Shown here: positions 1-9,216 of the stretch, one piece after another | Position numbering within the stretch: position 1 is the first letter of the stretch | Layout of the letters: each line of letters opens with the position of its first letter | Program-made: the position numbers and the translations under genes | The notes under the pieces: generated by a model | Database searches by the model: none | What the model was told of the DNA's origin: nothing | Seen by the model: the letters and a program-made list of their open reading frames with translations, nothing else | From: a virus | Taxonomy: Duplodnaviria > Heunggongvirae > Uroviricota > Caudoviricetes | Virus record (IMG/VR): IMGVR_UViG_2734482772_000010 | Length of the DNA stretch: 34,584 nucleotides | Direction: 5' to 3' (one strand)

Positions 1-504
1 GCCTGCTCCCAAACCAAGGTTTTTGACAAAGAGCGCCGGGTCAGGAATATCTGCGCCGTGCTGGTCTTTGGCCAGCTTTTCCGCCAGCTTGTTCAACACC
101 GTGGTCGCAAAATTCGGATCGTTGCCGAGGGCATCAGCCAGCTCTTTGAGCGTATCCAGCGTCTCAGGAGCGCTGCCAGCAAGCGCCGCAAGTGCTTTGG
201 CCACAAACTCTGTCGTCGCCAGCTTCTTGCTGTTATCACTATTTGCAGGCGTAGGCGCTGTTGGCGTGCCGGTGAATGTCGGGCTGGCTTTCGGTGCGTA
301 CTGGGTATGCGGGTCTGCTGCCGCGATGTGTTTCGCAAGTTCAGAACCGCCTTTTTCAACCTGTTGCTTCAGGTACAGCGTGCGGCTGGCCAGTTGTTTA
401 CCCTGACGGTTAGAGATTCCGTCAGGCCCACCCAGAACGGGGTCAGAGACCTCAATCTGGTAGATGCCTTCTTCCCACTGCGGGGTTTCAGGTAGGTTTG
501 CCAT
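1..504 (-). CDS. phage tail fibre protein, N-terminal part (gene continues past left edge of window)
   Basis: Minus-strand frame open from ATG at 504 to position 1 (168 codons, no stop), so absent from ORF track; ATG lies 2 nt after the stop of the upstream gene; translation begins MANLPETPQWEEGIYQIEVSDPVLGGPDGI and contains SPTFTGTPTAPTPANSDNSKKLATTEFVAKAL, a collar-type motif typical of phage tail fibres. Confidence 0.7.
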   Translation of the reverse strand, partial: MANLPETPQWEEGIYQIEVSDPVLGGPDGISNRQGKQLASRTLYLKQQVEKGGSELAKHIAAADPHTQYAPKASPTFTGTPTAPTPANSDNSKKLATTEFVAKALAALAGSAPETLDTLKELADALGNDPNFATTVLNKLAEKLAKDQHGADIPDPALFVKNLGLGAG

Positions 505-506
505 AA

Positions 507-1085
507 TTAACTGCTCCCGTGGTTATAGCTGCCGTCATAGTTGACGGTGTTGTTGTAGCGAATGGCGACAGACTGATACTCCAGGCTTGCCAGATGGCAG
601 CGGGCCGGAGCAAAAGCAGCGAGCGTCTGGCGTAACAGCGCCGCCTGATCGTTAGTGATGGGCTGTTGAAGGATGACGCGATATACCGCCCAGGCTTCCG
701 CATCGCCATGAACGAAAAGCCCGTTGTAAGTGTGTTTGCCGTCGTAGCCAATCTGGCCAGTGCCTTCAATCAGATCCACTTCGCCGAAGCCGAAACGGCG
801 GATAATTTCCCGGATGGACCACGGCGTCCCTTTGTAGCGGTGCAGCTCGATAGCGGATTTGATAAGCATGCGGCGTACATCGTCCGATTCCGCCAGTTCC
901 CAGCCATCGCCGAACAGCGAGAACTGCTCGCCAAGCCATGGCAGCGCGGAACTGTCGACAATATCGACGAGATAGACCATCAGTACGCTCAGGTCGATGT
1001 TATCCAGCCGCCCGGCCAGTTTTCCCAGCGTTCTGAGGCTGATATCACCCTCAAGCGGCGGCGGGAGTTGTAGCGGCTCAGCCAT
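507..1085 (-). CDS. tail/baseplate protein (P2 gpI / Mu gp48-like)
   Basis: 192-aa ORF; LPPPLE and RYKGTPWS motifs resemble the P2 gpI tail protein family; overlaps the upstream baseplate gene by 8 nt. Confidence 0.6.
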   Translation of the reverse strand: MAEPLQLPPPLEGDISLRTLGKLAGRLDNIDLSVLMVYLVDIVDSSALPWLGEQFSLFGDGWELAESDDVRRMLIKSAIELHRYKGTPWSIREIIRRFGFGEVDLIEGTGQIGYDGKHTYNGLFVHGDAEAWAVYRVILQQPITNDQAALLRQTLAAFAPARCHLASLEYQSVAIRYNNTVNYDGSYNHGSS

Positions 1086-2181
1086 CGGACACCCCGGTCA
1101 TGTTAAGAGTGATCGCCGTGCAGTTTGCCCATTCGTTTTCTGCCACCACCCGCAGTGGCGGTGTCACCAGTTCAACCTGGTACACCCCGGAGACGGACAA
1201 CACACTGATAATCTGGCTGGGAACAATATCGCGCCCCAGCGTGGCGGTACGTGATGCCACCCAGTTCTGTATGGCGCTGTTGGCGTTGTCCTTTACCGAG
1301 TTGGCATCCTGGTCGCGGTAGATCGTGATATTGGCTTCAATGGTGTAATCCACCTGAACAGGTGTTTTAGCCCGCACGGTATCAGTGAGTGGTCTGACTT
1401 TTTCGTCAGAACAGAAACTCTCTACCAGAGTGAGGATACTGCTGTCCGGCAGACCAGTGCTGAGCAGCGGATACAGCTCGACAGTGCCGGGAACGGGAGA
1501 AAGAACAGCAACGTCGACAATGCCGGGATGCGCCCCCATAGCATGAAAACGGTATGCACCACGGCTTCCGGCATTGGTGAATGACTCCGGGGCCAGCCTG
1601 ATACGCTCCCGGAGCCGGTGATCGTCTTCCTGCTCTGAACCGCCAGAGCTGGCCGTCAGATTGGTCACCAGCAGGTCAATGTTATCAATCTCATCGAGTA
1701 ACTGACTGACCTGCGCCGGTTGCCAGCCGTTGCCAGCGGTACCCGGCTCGGTACAGGTGGCCGTGACATTGACCAGCAGCAATCCGGCCTTCAGCACCAC
1801 GTCTGTATCGGTGGCAAAAATAATACTGTCGGAAGCGCTGACGCGGGTGCCTGCCGGGATCAGCACATCAATGGCCAGTGCCTCATCCACAGAGAACTGA
1901 AGTGTGGTGGTGGCAGGCTGCGCGGCAAGGCGGTATACACCGACCAGTTCACCGAGGTAATCAATCATCGGCTCACGGGAAAAAGCGACCAGATTCTGCT
2001 TCGCCGCCTCCTGTACTGCCACCCTGACCAGCATTTCGCGATAGGCCCACAGGTCAATCAGCAGACGTTCAGCCTGTGCCGGGTACAGCGTTTTTCCGGT
2101 ATCCGCTTCATACTTCGCAATCATTTCTGCCGTGATTTTATCGGCATCGCGTTCAATAAAATCGGGTTCTGTCAGCGCCAT
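1078..2181 (-). CDS. baseplate J-like protein (P2 gpJ / Mu gp47-like)
   Basis: 367-aa ORF immediately downstream of the gpW-like gene with overlapping stop/start; size and position typical of baseplate wedge J proteins. Confidence 0.7.
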   Translation of the reverse strand: MALTEPDFIERDADKITAEMIAKYEADTGKTLYPAQAERLLIDLWAYREMLVRVAVQEAAKQNLVAFSREPMIDYLGELVGVYRLAAQPATTTLQFSVDEALAIDVLIPAGTRVSASDSIIFATDTDVVLKAGLLLVNVTATCTEPGTAGNGWQPAQVSQLLDEIDNIDLLVTNLTASSGGSEQEDDHRLRERIRLAPESFTNAGSRGAYRFHAMGAHPGIVDVAVLSPVPGTVELYPLLSTGLPDSSILTLVESFCSDEKVRPLTDTVRAKTPVQVDYTIEANITIYRDQDANSVKDNANSAIQNWVASRTATLGRDIVPSQIISVLSVSGVYQVELVTPPLRVVAENEWANCTAITLNMTGVSDG

Positions 2182-2519
2182 AGCAACTCCTGAGTACGGG
2201 GTTGTCCGTCTGAGCCTTTCCAGCTCACCCGGAGCGTAAGATGTTCGCCGTCGACGGCGGGTTTAACCGACATAAGCTGGCAGCGGGGTTCCCAGCGCCT
2301 GATGGCATCGACGGATTCGCGAACCACATGCGGAATGGCCCGGTCGACAGGCCAGTCGATATAAAGGTGCAGATTGCTGCCGAACTCCGGGCGATGCGGG
2401 TCGCTGCCGCGGGGAGTCCGCAGGATGATCTGGATGGACTGCCGGATATCATCCAGCCCCCGGACGATTTCGCCGGGAGCCTGCAGAGCTGGTTGCCAGA
2501 ATACTGAGGTCGTTTTCAT
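2172..2519 (-). CDS. baseplate wedge protein (GPW/gp25-like)
   Basis: 115-aa ORF; sequence DDIRQSIQIILRTPRGSDPHRPEFGSNL and IRRWEPR matches the conserved GPW/gp25 pattern. Confidence 0.7.
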   Translation of the reverse strand: MKTTSVFWQPALQAPGEIVRGLDDIRQSIQIILRTPRGSDPHRPEFGSNLHLYIDWPVDRAIPHVVRESVDAIRRWEPRCQLMSVKPAVDGEHLTLRVSWKGSDGQPRTQELLWR

Positions 2520-2551
2520 GGAGGCAGTATTGCCCCCGGGAAGTAAGCGCC

Positions 2552-2574
2552 GATATTAAAGGCGTTTAAGAAGG
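2552..2574 (-). promoter_or_regulatory. conserved late-promoter-like motif, copy upstream of baseplate W/J/I and tail-fibre genes
   Basis: Plus-strand GATATTAAAGGCGTTTAAGAAGG, abutting the gpV-like stop and 33-55 nt upstream of the gpW-like start. Confidence 0.45.
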
Positions 2575-2575
2575 T

Positions 2576-3103
2576 TCAATGGGAATGGTGATTAGAGTTC
2601 TGACCATCAGCAAATATGTTACCCGTTGCATGGGCGCTTCCGTTGATTTCCAGATCACCATTGAGTGTCGCGGGGCCGTTGATCGTGGTAACTCCCGTGA
2701 GGTCGAGGTTTTTCCCTTTGAGAGAGATATCAGCGGCAACCTCCACCACGATACGCTCAATACCTCCTCTGACCGTCAGCGTATGGGTCGCGCGGTTATA
2801 ACTGAACTCCGCGCCATCAGCGTATTTCGTACCCCGGACGTTTTTATCACTGAACGGCGGTTTATCGACGTCTGAGTACACCGCGCCCAGAATAACACCA
2901 TCCTCGCCGTTGGCATCGAGCAGCACCTCAACCTGCTCCCCCACGTCAGGGAGCCAGTAATCCTTGTTATCCTGGGTATTGCGCTGTAGCACGTTAAGCC
3001 AGTTTGTGCGCAGATTATCGCATTCAGGCAGACGAACGCGGGCCTGAACCCTGTCGGCATCAACGGCACTGACCGTACCGATCTGACGGGTGACACCAGT
3101 CAT
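2576..3103 (-). CDS. baseplate spike/assembly protein V-like
   Basis: 175-aa ORF between gpD-like and gpW-like genes; OB-fold-like N-terminus; His-rich C-terminus (NSNHHSH). Confidence 0.65.
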   Translation of the reverse strand: MTGVTRQIGTVSAVDADRVQARVRLPECDNLRTNWLNVLQRNTQDNKDYWLPDVGEQVEVLLDANGEDGVILGAVYSDVDKPPFSDKNVRGTKYADGAEFSYNRATHTLTVRGGIERIVVEVAADISLKGKNLDLTGVTTINGPATLNGDLEINGSAHATGNIFADGQNSNHHSH

Positions 3104-4254
3104 TTTTTCTTCTCCTTAATCACCGTCGATGTACTGCCATCCGGGTGATAAACCGTGAGTTTCTGAGTTTTTTGTTTTTTCCCTCTTGTGACTGGCCCCC
3201 GTGCCACTTCCAGCTCTGTGGTGTAGCCGCTGTTACGCTCAAACGCATGGCGGGCAGTGATTATCAGCCATGGACCGGATAACTGTCCAAAGCCCACCAG
3301 TTCAATTTTGTTGCCTGCTGTCAGTTGAGGCATTCCCGTCAGCGTCAGGGAGCCGTTCTGCTGGTATTCGTTATGTCTGGCCAGTGCTGAATCCGCTTTA
3401 ATCCGGGCACTGTCCGGGTCGCTGACGCGGCTGTTAACTTTAAGTGAGTCAGCGCTGGTAACCTTACCGCCTTTGAGCTTTTTGTCGCTTTCACGGGTAC
3501 CACCATCAGCTTCGTAGACGATCAGTTTTTTACTGCTGCTTTTCTGGTGTTTTACCTTTGCAGATTTATAGACCCGGTTGATGGTGTCACGCAGGGAAAA
3601 GCAGGCCACATCCTGCGGTTTTAACTGCCTGACCGGCTCCTGACTGCGCAGTGTGGCCAGATGAGAAAAAATCAACTGGTCACTGACCACTTTCACTGCA
3701 TAACCATACTCGCTGGCCAGCCGGCGCAGAAAACCCACGTCGGTTTCAGCATACTGGGTCACCCGGTCGATTCTGATGGACTCAATGCTGCCCACCAGTT
3801 TCAGCCGGTGCTTTCTGGCAATCCGCCCCGCAACAGCTGCCAGCGTGGTGTTCTCAAAACCACGGCTGGATTTAGTCCGCAGAGCACTGTTAACCGAGGT
3901 GGCCACCCCACGGATAGCGACAACGGACGCGGGCGAACTCACTTCGATCTCGTCTATTGAGAATGTACCGCAGGACAGCAGTTTCTCGCCCTGATAACCC
4001 ATTTTCAGCGTCAGCGTGTCACCCTTGCCCGGATACCACTTATCCAGCCAGCGGCCATCGGTGTCGTCCAGCTCCACCTCAATGGTATCGGACTCATTTT
4101 TGATGTTATCGCTCCAGACCACACGGGTGACATAAGGCGCGATATCAGAGGTGATGTTTTTCTGCAGATACCACAGAGTGAATACCGGCGTCAGCACATC
4201 GCTGACGCCGGTTAACGCTGATGTGGCTTGCGCAGTACTGTTTATCTCAGCCAT
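3100..4254 (-). CDS. tail protein, P2 gpD-like (late control D / Mu P-like baseplate hub)
   Basis: 384-aa ORF following gpX-like and gpU-like genes, the conserved X-D-V order of P2/Mu-type tails. Confidence 0.65.
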   Translation of the reverse strand: MAEINSTAQATSALTGVSDVLTPVFTLWYLQKNITSDIAPYVTRVVWSDNIKNESDTIEVELDDTDGRWLDKWYPGKGDTLTLKMGYQGEKLLSCGTFSIDEIEVSSPASVVAIRGVATSVNSALRTKSSRGFENTTLAAVAGRIARKHRLKLVGSIESIRIDRVTQYAETDVGFLRRLASEYGYAVKVVSDQLIFSHLATLRSQEPVRQLKPQDVACFSLRDTINRVYKSAKVKHQKSSSKKLIVYEADGGTRESDKKLKGGKVTSADSLKVNSRVSDPDSARIKADSALARHNEYQQNGSLTLTGMPQLTAGNKIELVGFGQLSGPWLIITARHAFERNSGYTTELEVARGPVTRGKKQKTQKLTVYHPDGSTSTVIKEKKK

Positions 4255-4457
4255 GGGGCAATATCCTCTTCTGTACGGGCATCTTCAGCCTCAATAACCG
4301 GGATCAGTAACAACAACCCGGAGGGCAGCACCGGCGTAATGGCCACGTGCGGATTGGCTGCAATAATCCGGGGATAGCCCAGCGGGTCACCGTAGTACTG
4401 CCATGCCAGCGAATCCCAGCGCTCTCCGTCACGGGTAATATGTTCAAGAAACATCAC
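4242..4457 (-). CDS. phage tail protein X-like
   Basis: 71-aa ORF; W..YYGDP......IIAANP pattern resembles P2 gpX; overlaps both neighbours. Confidence 0.6.
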   Translation of the reverse strand: MMFLEHITRDGERWDSLAWQYYGDPLGYPRIIAANPHVAITPVLPSGLLLLIPVIEAEDARTEEDIAPWLR

Positions 4458-5338
4458 ACACTCCTCGTCAGTATTCTGGCGGCCATTGCACTTAATCCCG
4501 GAGACATGCGGTTGAATGCTGTGCCGGCGGCGTTAAGCTGCCCGGAAACGGTATCCAGAGCACCTGCAATATTTCTTTTGTCCACACCACTCAGCGCCGA
4601 CTGCGCCTGCTGTACATACGTGGCTGCCTCACTGGCTGTTCTGGCCAGACTGATGGCATCGGGCATGGATTCAGAGAGTGCATTAAACGCCGGAACACTT
4701 TTCCCCAGAGCTCCGGATATATTACCCAGTCCGCTCATCAGTCCCGGCACACGGGTCAGCGCGACAACGGGGTTACCCTTCATTTTCTGCGCCACCCGAA
4801 CGGCACTGATAGTGGTCTGGAGTACAGACTGCGCCTGTTTCGCATAGTTGACGCCGTTACGGACGAACTGCGCCACCCCGGAAGGCGATGGAACAGCACC
4901 AGATACGGCCCCGGCACCGGGAACCTGCCTGCGTATTGCCGGCGGTTGCAGAGGATTTTTCGGGTCACCGGTGTATTCCCGGAGAGACACGGTGGCACTG
5001 ACAGCCAGCACGTTACCGGTGCTGTCTGTCTGCTCGCTGGTTGCGGTCACATCGGTAATCACGAACCAGCCGCGATAGTCACCGTTGCCGAAGACCAGCG
5101 CCAGTGCCTGATGGGCCTTCATGGCTGTTCGCACTCTCGCCAGCTCCACGTCGGGCACACAATAATGCTGATGGAAGACCAGGCTTATCTGGATTTCGTC
5201 CAGCCTGTCGCCGACGAACTGCAGGCCGGGTTTACCCTCGATGCGGGCATGCTCCGCATAATCGACGCCGGACGTGGCCTCGAAGCCGTCCCAGTAGGTA
5301 ATCAGTTCAAACTCAATATCACCCAGTACGGCAAACAT
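4454..5338 (-). CDS. tail protein with P2 gpU-like N-terminal domain (Mu N / DNA circularisation protein-like)
   Basis: 294-aa ORF; N-terminal ~130 aa (MFAVLGDIEFELITYWDGFE...) resembles gpU-family tail proteins; Ala/Ser/Gly-rich C-terminal extension; directly downstream of tape measure gene. Confidence 0.55.
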   Translation of the reverse strand: MFAVLGDIEFELITYWDGFEATSGVDYAEHARIEGKPGLQFVGDRLDEIQISLVFHQHYCVPDVELARVRTAMKAHQALALVFGNGDYRGWFVITDVTATSEQTDSTGNVLAVSATVSLREYTGDPKNPLQPPAIRRQVPGAGAVSGAVPSPSGVAQFVRNGVNYAKQAQSVLQTTISAVRVAQKMKGNPVVALTRVPGLMSGLGNISGALGKSVPAFNALSESMPDAISLARTASEAATYVQQAQSALSGVDKRNIAGALDTVSGQLNAAGTAFNRMSPGLSAMAARILTRSV

Positions 5339-7803
5339 CAGCTGTACTCCTTACGTTGTTTCTGAGCCAGCAGACGCTCCAGCATTTTTTCCAGCTCATG
5401 CAGGCTCATATTCAGGGCACCAGTCAGCCCGGCAGGCGCTGCGGTTTCCTTACCATTGAGAAAAAACTGAGGATTAAAGCTGACCTGGATACCGCCAGAC
5501 GCTCCACCGCCGGTTGCAGTTGCGCCACGGCCTGAATATCCGGCAGCCATGATTTCCGGCGACGGGATACGGGGAACATCCGGTGTCATTTCAGCGGCCA
5601 GGCGCTGCCCGGCCAGTGCAGCAAGCGGAGTGGTCCGTTGCAGGCCAATGGCGGCACCCTGCGCGATATTGTCACCAAAGCCCATAAACACGCGACTCGG
5701 TGAATGGATGCCCAGCTTTTCGCTGAACCAGTCACTGATGCTGTCACCCATTCCGGTTACGCTGGTTTTGAGTGACTCCCATTTGTTTCTGATGCCATTT
5801 ATCAGCCCGTCAATAAGATGTCCACCGAAGTCGGTGAATTTCGCCGGCAGATCAACGCCGAGATATTTCAGCGCAGCCGCAAAGGCTTTATAAAGCAGAC
5901 CAGCCGGAGACCAGTTAACCAGCAGTTTACCAATTCCCGCGATGCCGCCGTTAAAGGCTTCCTGAATGTCAGCCCAGCGCTGTTTAAACCAGCTACTGAC
6001 AGCGCCCCAGTTGCGGTAGATAAGGTAAGCTGCTGCCGCGACGGCGGTGATAACGAGACCGACGGGATTCATCAGCAGCGCCCGGCCAATCCAGAGAACG
6101 GCACGCCCGGCGCTCATAATTCCGCGAACCAGCCCCCCTGAGAGCACACCCCCCAGTGTTCTGGCTCCTCTGGCGACGGCACCAAAGCCTGTCACCAGCC
6201 AGCGGAGTTTACCGCCTTCCCCCAGTGCGAGCATCAGACGAAGCCAGTTGGCCCGAAGTAAAACAGCATTTTTCCAGACGCTTACAAAGGGGGAAATAAG
6301 GAGATTCAGCCCAAGCTTGAGACCGATAGTGGCCATCCTGAAAGCGAGTAATGCGCCCACAACCTTTATGGTGCTGCTGACGAGCTGCGGATTTGCCGCT
6401 ATCCATTTGCCGACGCTGTCCATTAAAGGAATAAATGTTTCACCCAACTGGAGCAAAGCCGGACGCAAGGATTGCCCGATGCTGATAGCAGAATCATTAA
6501 AGCCGATCTGCATTCTGCGCCAGCGACCTTCAAGCGTATCATTCTGCTTTGCAGCATCCTTATCCAGGGTAGACATTGCAGCCGGAGCATTCATTTCCTG
6601 CTTACTGGAAAGGTATTTATCCCAGCCCTGTCGCATTGACAGTAAATGGTTGACAGTCTGAATATCGGTAAAGACCTCAGCCAGACCAAATGACTCCATG
6701 AGTTTCTGCTGACCTTCCTGATCGCCTCTTGCTCCTGCAGCTTTCCATTGCTGCAAAAACGCTTTGCCTTTACTGTCGATAAAACGGTTGGCAATCATCA
6801 GTGAAGCTTCGTACTGCGAAAAACCCTGAGCGACGTAATTCTGCATTGACCCCTGGTAATCCACCCCGGCTTTAGCATATTTCTGGATGGTATCTCCGCG
6901 GCCCATTGCTGCCAGCCAGTTGGACATATTGGTGACCGCTTCCTCTGCAGAGCCACTACCTTTACCGACCTCCAGACTGGCAACAATCTGGGTAATCGCA
7001 TCTTTTCCATAAATACCACGAGCAGCGAAGGCTTTAGCCATACCGGGTAATGCTTTTGCCATATCCTTCAGCTCAAATGACCCAAGTTTGGCTCCTGTTG
7101 CCGCAATACCAAATGCCTGTTCAAGTTCTTTCGCATCAGTGATTCTGAGTGCATCGCTGAAGGCATAAGTCATTTTGGCAAGGTCGGTCATATCGGCTTT
7201 GGTTGCTGTAGCGGTCTTTCCAAGCATCTCTGCAAACGTTGCTGCCCGTTCGGGGGCCATACCATCAGCAACTAATTGTCCGACTCCCCCTAACAGAGAC
7301 TCCTGCAGTTGGTTAACCTTCAGCGAGGCCTGTCTGATAGCCAGGCCAATTGCACGTTCCTGTTTTGCATCCAGGTCTCCTGTGACACTGATATCCCGTA
7401 ACTGTGATTCAAACGAGGCATATTGTTTAACCGAGGCCATGACCGGTGCGCCCAGCGTTCTGCCAATAGCATAGGTTTCTGCACCCTGACCATAGAGCGC
7501 CAGGCGGTTAGCCTTCAACGCATCACCGGTGGCTGATACTGCTGACAGACGGCGCTGCTGACGTTCAATTTGCTCCATGGTGCGGCTTACCCGCAGCAAC
7601 TCGCTGTTGAGATGCTGCATCCGGGAAGAACCCAGTTGACCATAACGTTCTGTTGCCCGGGTTAAGGCATTCTGGCGTTCCTGCAGACGGCGGGAGGTAT
7701 CACCAAGGGAATCAAGGGCGCGTCGGGTGCCACTGACGGCTGAGCGGAAGCTGCTCCCGACAATGCCGCCAATAATGACGCCGACTGAAAATTCACTGGC
7801 CAC
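5338..7803 (-). CDS. tail tape measure protein
   Basis: 821-aa ORF, largest tail gene, between chaperone pair and gpU-like gene; Ala/Gly-rich with internal hydrophobic segments. Confidence 0.8.
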   Translation of the reverse strand: MASEFSVGVIIGGIVGSSFRSAVSGTRRALDSLGDTSRRLQERQNALTRATERYGQLGSSRMQHLNSELLRVSRTMEQIERQQRRLSAVSATGDALKANRLALYGQGAETYAIGRTLGAPVMASVKQYASFESQLRDISVTGDLDAKQERAIGLAIRQASLKVNQLQESLLGGVGQLVADGMAPERAATFAEMLGKTATATKADMTDLAKMTYAFSDALRITDAKELEQAFGIAATGAKLGSFELKDMAKALPGMAKAFAARGIYGKDAITQIVASLEVGKGSGSAEEAVTNMSNWLAAMGRGDTIQKYAKAGVDYQGSMQNYVAQGFSQYEASLMIANRFIDSKGKAFLQQWKAAGARGDQEGQQKLMESFGLAEVFTDIQTVNHLLSMRQGWDKYLSSKQEMNAPAAMSTLDKDAAKQNDTLEGRWRRMQIGFNDSAISIGQSLRPALLQLGETFIPLMDSVGKWIAANPQLVSSTIKVVGALLAFRMATIGLKLGLNLLISPFVSVWKNAVLLRANWLRLMLALGEGGKLRWLVTGFGAVARGARTLGGVLSGGLVRGIMSAGRAVLWIGRALLMNPVGLVITAVAAAAYLIYRNWGAVSSWFKQRWADIQEAFNGGIAGIGKLLVNWSPAGLLYKAFAAALKYLGVDLPAKFTDFGGHLIDGLINGIRNKWESLKTSVTGMGDSISDWFSEKLGIHSPSRVFMGFGDNIAQGAAIGLQRTTPLAALAGQRLAAEMTPDVPRIPSPEIMAAGYSGRGATATGGGASGGIQVSFNPQFFLNGKETAAPAGLTGALNMSLHELEKMLERLLAQKQRKEYS

Positions 7804-7895
7804 GGTGGCTATCCTCTGAAAGCAAAAAAACGGAAGGGAAGTGTCTGAACCCCATGCAGAACAGCCGCGACTGGCGGCTGTTAAGTGATACGTTG

Positions 7896-8153
7896 TTACT
7901 GATTGTCGCCGAACTCGCTTTTGATTTGCTCTTCAGCCTGCTCCAGCCACATCTCCAGATCGTCAGTATCGAGGGCATCAATCTCCCCCGGCTGAAACCT
8001 GAACCATCTCGCCAGCAGGCCCTGCGCCTGCATCAGTGTTTTTGTCGCTCTTGCCCAGCCCAGTGATTTTCTGAAATCGTTTCTGCAGCTCCATATAGTC
8101 GGCAAGATCCATGTTATCGAGGTCTTCCGGGAGGATACCGGTGCTACGGGCAA
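7896..8153 (-). CDS. frameshift-extended C-terminal part of tail assembly chaperone (candidate +1/-2 fusion)
   Basis: Second ORF overlaps the 3' 176 nt of the chaperone ORF in the +1 frame and ends 90 nt before the tape measure start; A5 tract GACAAAAACAC in the overlap. Confidence 0.4.
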   Translation of the reverse strand: MPVAPVSSRKTSITWILPTIWSCRNDFRKSLGWARATKTLMQAQGLLARWFRFQPGEIDALDTDDLEMWLEQAEEQIKSEFGDNQ

Positions 8154-8313
8154 TCAGTGGTTCGTCCCAGTCTGCCGGGTCTTTGTTGATTTTGCGCACC
8201 TGCTTCAGGTCTTTTACTGTCAGGCGTTTCAGTTCAATCTGTTCAATTCTGGTACCTGCAGCAGTGGTGAAAGGATAAGACAGCGTAAAAGTATCGGACT
8301 GGGTCTGTGACAT
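7978..8313 (-). CDS. tail assembly chaperone (short form)
   Basis: ORF-track ORF 7978..8319; second ATG at 8313 (MSQTQ...) sits ~7 nt downstream of an AAGGAG Shine-Dalgarno; immediately upstream of tape measure gene. Confidence 0.6.
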   Translation of the reverse strand: MSQTQSDTFTLSYPFTTAAGTRIEQIELKRLTVKDLKQVRKINKDPADWDEPLIARSTGILPEDLDNMDLADYMELQKRFQKITGLGKSDKNTDAGAGPAGEMVQVSAGGD

Positions 8314-8365
8314 GATCATACTCCTTTGTAAATTCAGAGCAGTATGTCTGGCGGTGGACGTGACG

Positions 8366-8388
8366 GATATTAAAGGGGATTAAGAAGA
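8366..8388 (-). promoter_or_regulatory. conserved late-promoter-like motif, copy upstream of tail chaperone/tape measure genes
   Basis: Plus-strand GATATTAAAGGGGATTAAGAAGA, 53-75 nt upstream of chaperone start. Confidence 0.45.
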
Positions 8389-8404
8389 AGGGGCCGGAGC
8401 CCCT
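8381..8404 (-). terminator. candidate intrinsic terminator after the 93-aa ORF
   Basis: Minus-strand hairpin AGGGGC-UCCG-GCCCCU followed by U-rich UCUUCUU. Confidence 0.4.
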
Positions 8405-8410
8405 GTGATG

Positions 8411-8692
8411 TCAGCAAGTGCGAAAACCCTTGCAGTTACGCAGGAAAGCGATGAGAAGCGCCTTTCCCTCAGATTTGCCGATGCCGGAGAACCAGTGGTC
8501 GGGCGGCTCCCATGCTTCAATCAAATCGGCCAGTTTGCGGGCCTTTGAACGTGTGCAGTCAATCGGGTCATTGGTTTTACGGGTATTAAAAAGGGTTTCC
8601 ACCCCCGGAATATCAAGGAGGGTAAACCACGTACCATTTGACATGCCCAGTGACGCACATCGCCCTCCTTTGTCAGTCAGTTCAACACTCAC
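8411..8692 (-). CDS. hypothetical protein (93 aa) between tail tube and chaperone genes
   Basis: ORF-track ORF; tightly packed after tube gene; followed by its own hairpin; no family recognised. Confidence 0.4.
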   Translation of the reverse strand: MSVELTDKGGRCASLGMSNGTWFTLLDIPGVETLFNTRKTNDPIDCTRSKARKLADLIEAWEPPDHWFSGIGKSEGKALLIAFLRNCKGFRTC

Positions 8693-8694
8693 CG

Positions 8695-9216
8695 TCAGCC
8701 CCCGATATTGATCCGATAGTCAGTCAGTTGATCAACGCCACCGACGCGGAAGATGTTGGCCAGATAGTCCAGTTGCAGCAACTCTTCACCATCCAGTACC
8801 TGTCTGATATACGTGCAGGTGAAGCTACTGGAGAACTCGGCGTTCTCGTGCTGTTTAAACGTCCCCAGCGGATTCTTCTTGAACATAATTGTCAGGAAGG
8901 TGACCAGCGGGATTTCGTCGATCAGCCCCTGCGAGCTGTAGCGCTGGACGCTGGAGCGACACTGCAGCGCCAGCGACTTGTACGGGTTCGCGGCAGACAG
9001 CATCGCATCGCGGTAAAAGCTGTTCCATTTGATTTCGCCTTCCAGTTTGTCAAAACCAGCCGGGAGTTCCACCTTACCCACCATCCCCAGGGCCTTGTGT
9101 TCCTGCATAATCATGGAGACATCGGGGAGTTTAACCTCCTCAGCCCGTCCCAGCAGGTTAGTGCCATCCAGATAGATGTTGGCATTCGTGATTCGGTTTA
9201 TCTCAATCTTTGACAT
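8695..9216 (-). CDS. tail tube protein
   Basis: 173-aa ORF directly downstream of the sheath gene (stop/start overlap). Confidence 0.7.
   Translation of the reverse strand: MSKIEINRITNANIYLDGTNLLGRAEEVKLPDVSMIMQEHKALGMVGKVELPAGFDKLEGEIKWNSFYRDAMLSAANPYKSLALQCRSSVQRYSSQGLIDEIPLVTFLTIMFKKNPLGTFKQHENAEFSSSFTCTYIRQVLDGEELLQLDYLANIFRVGGVDQLTDYRINIGG

Noticed and set aside
23-495. Plus-strand ORFs 23..406 and 58..495 at the left edge
   Set aside because: Antisense to the open tail-fibre frame, which has a recognisable tail-fibre N-terminus; these are mirror frames.
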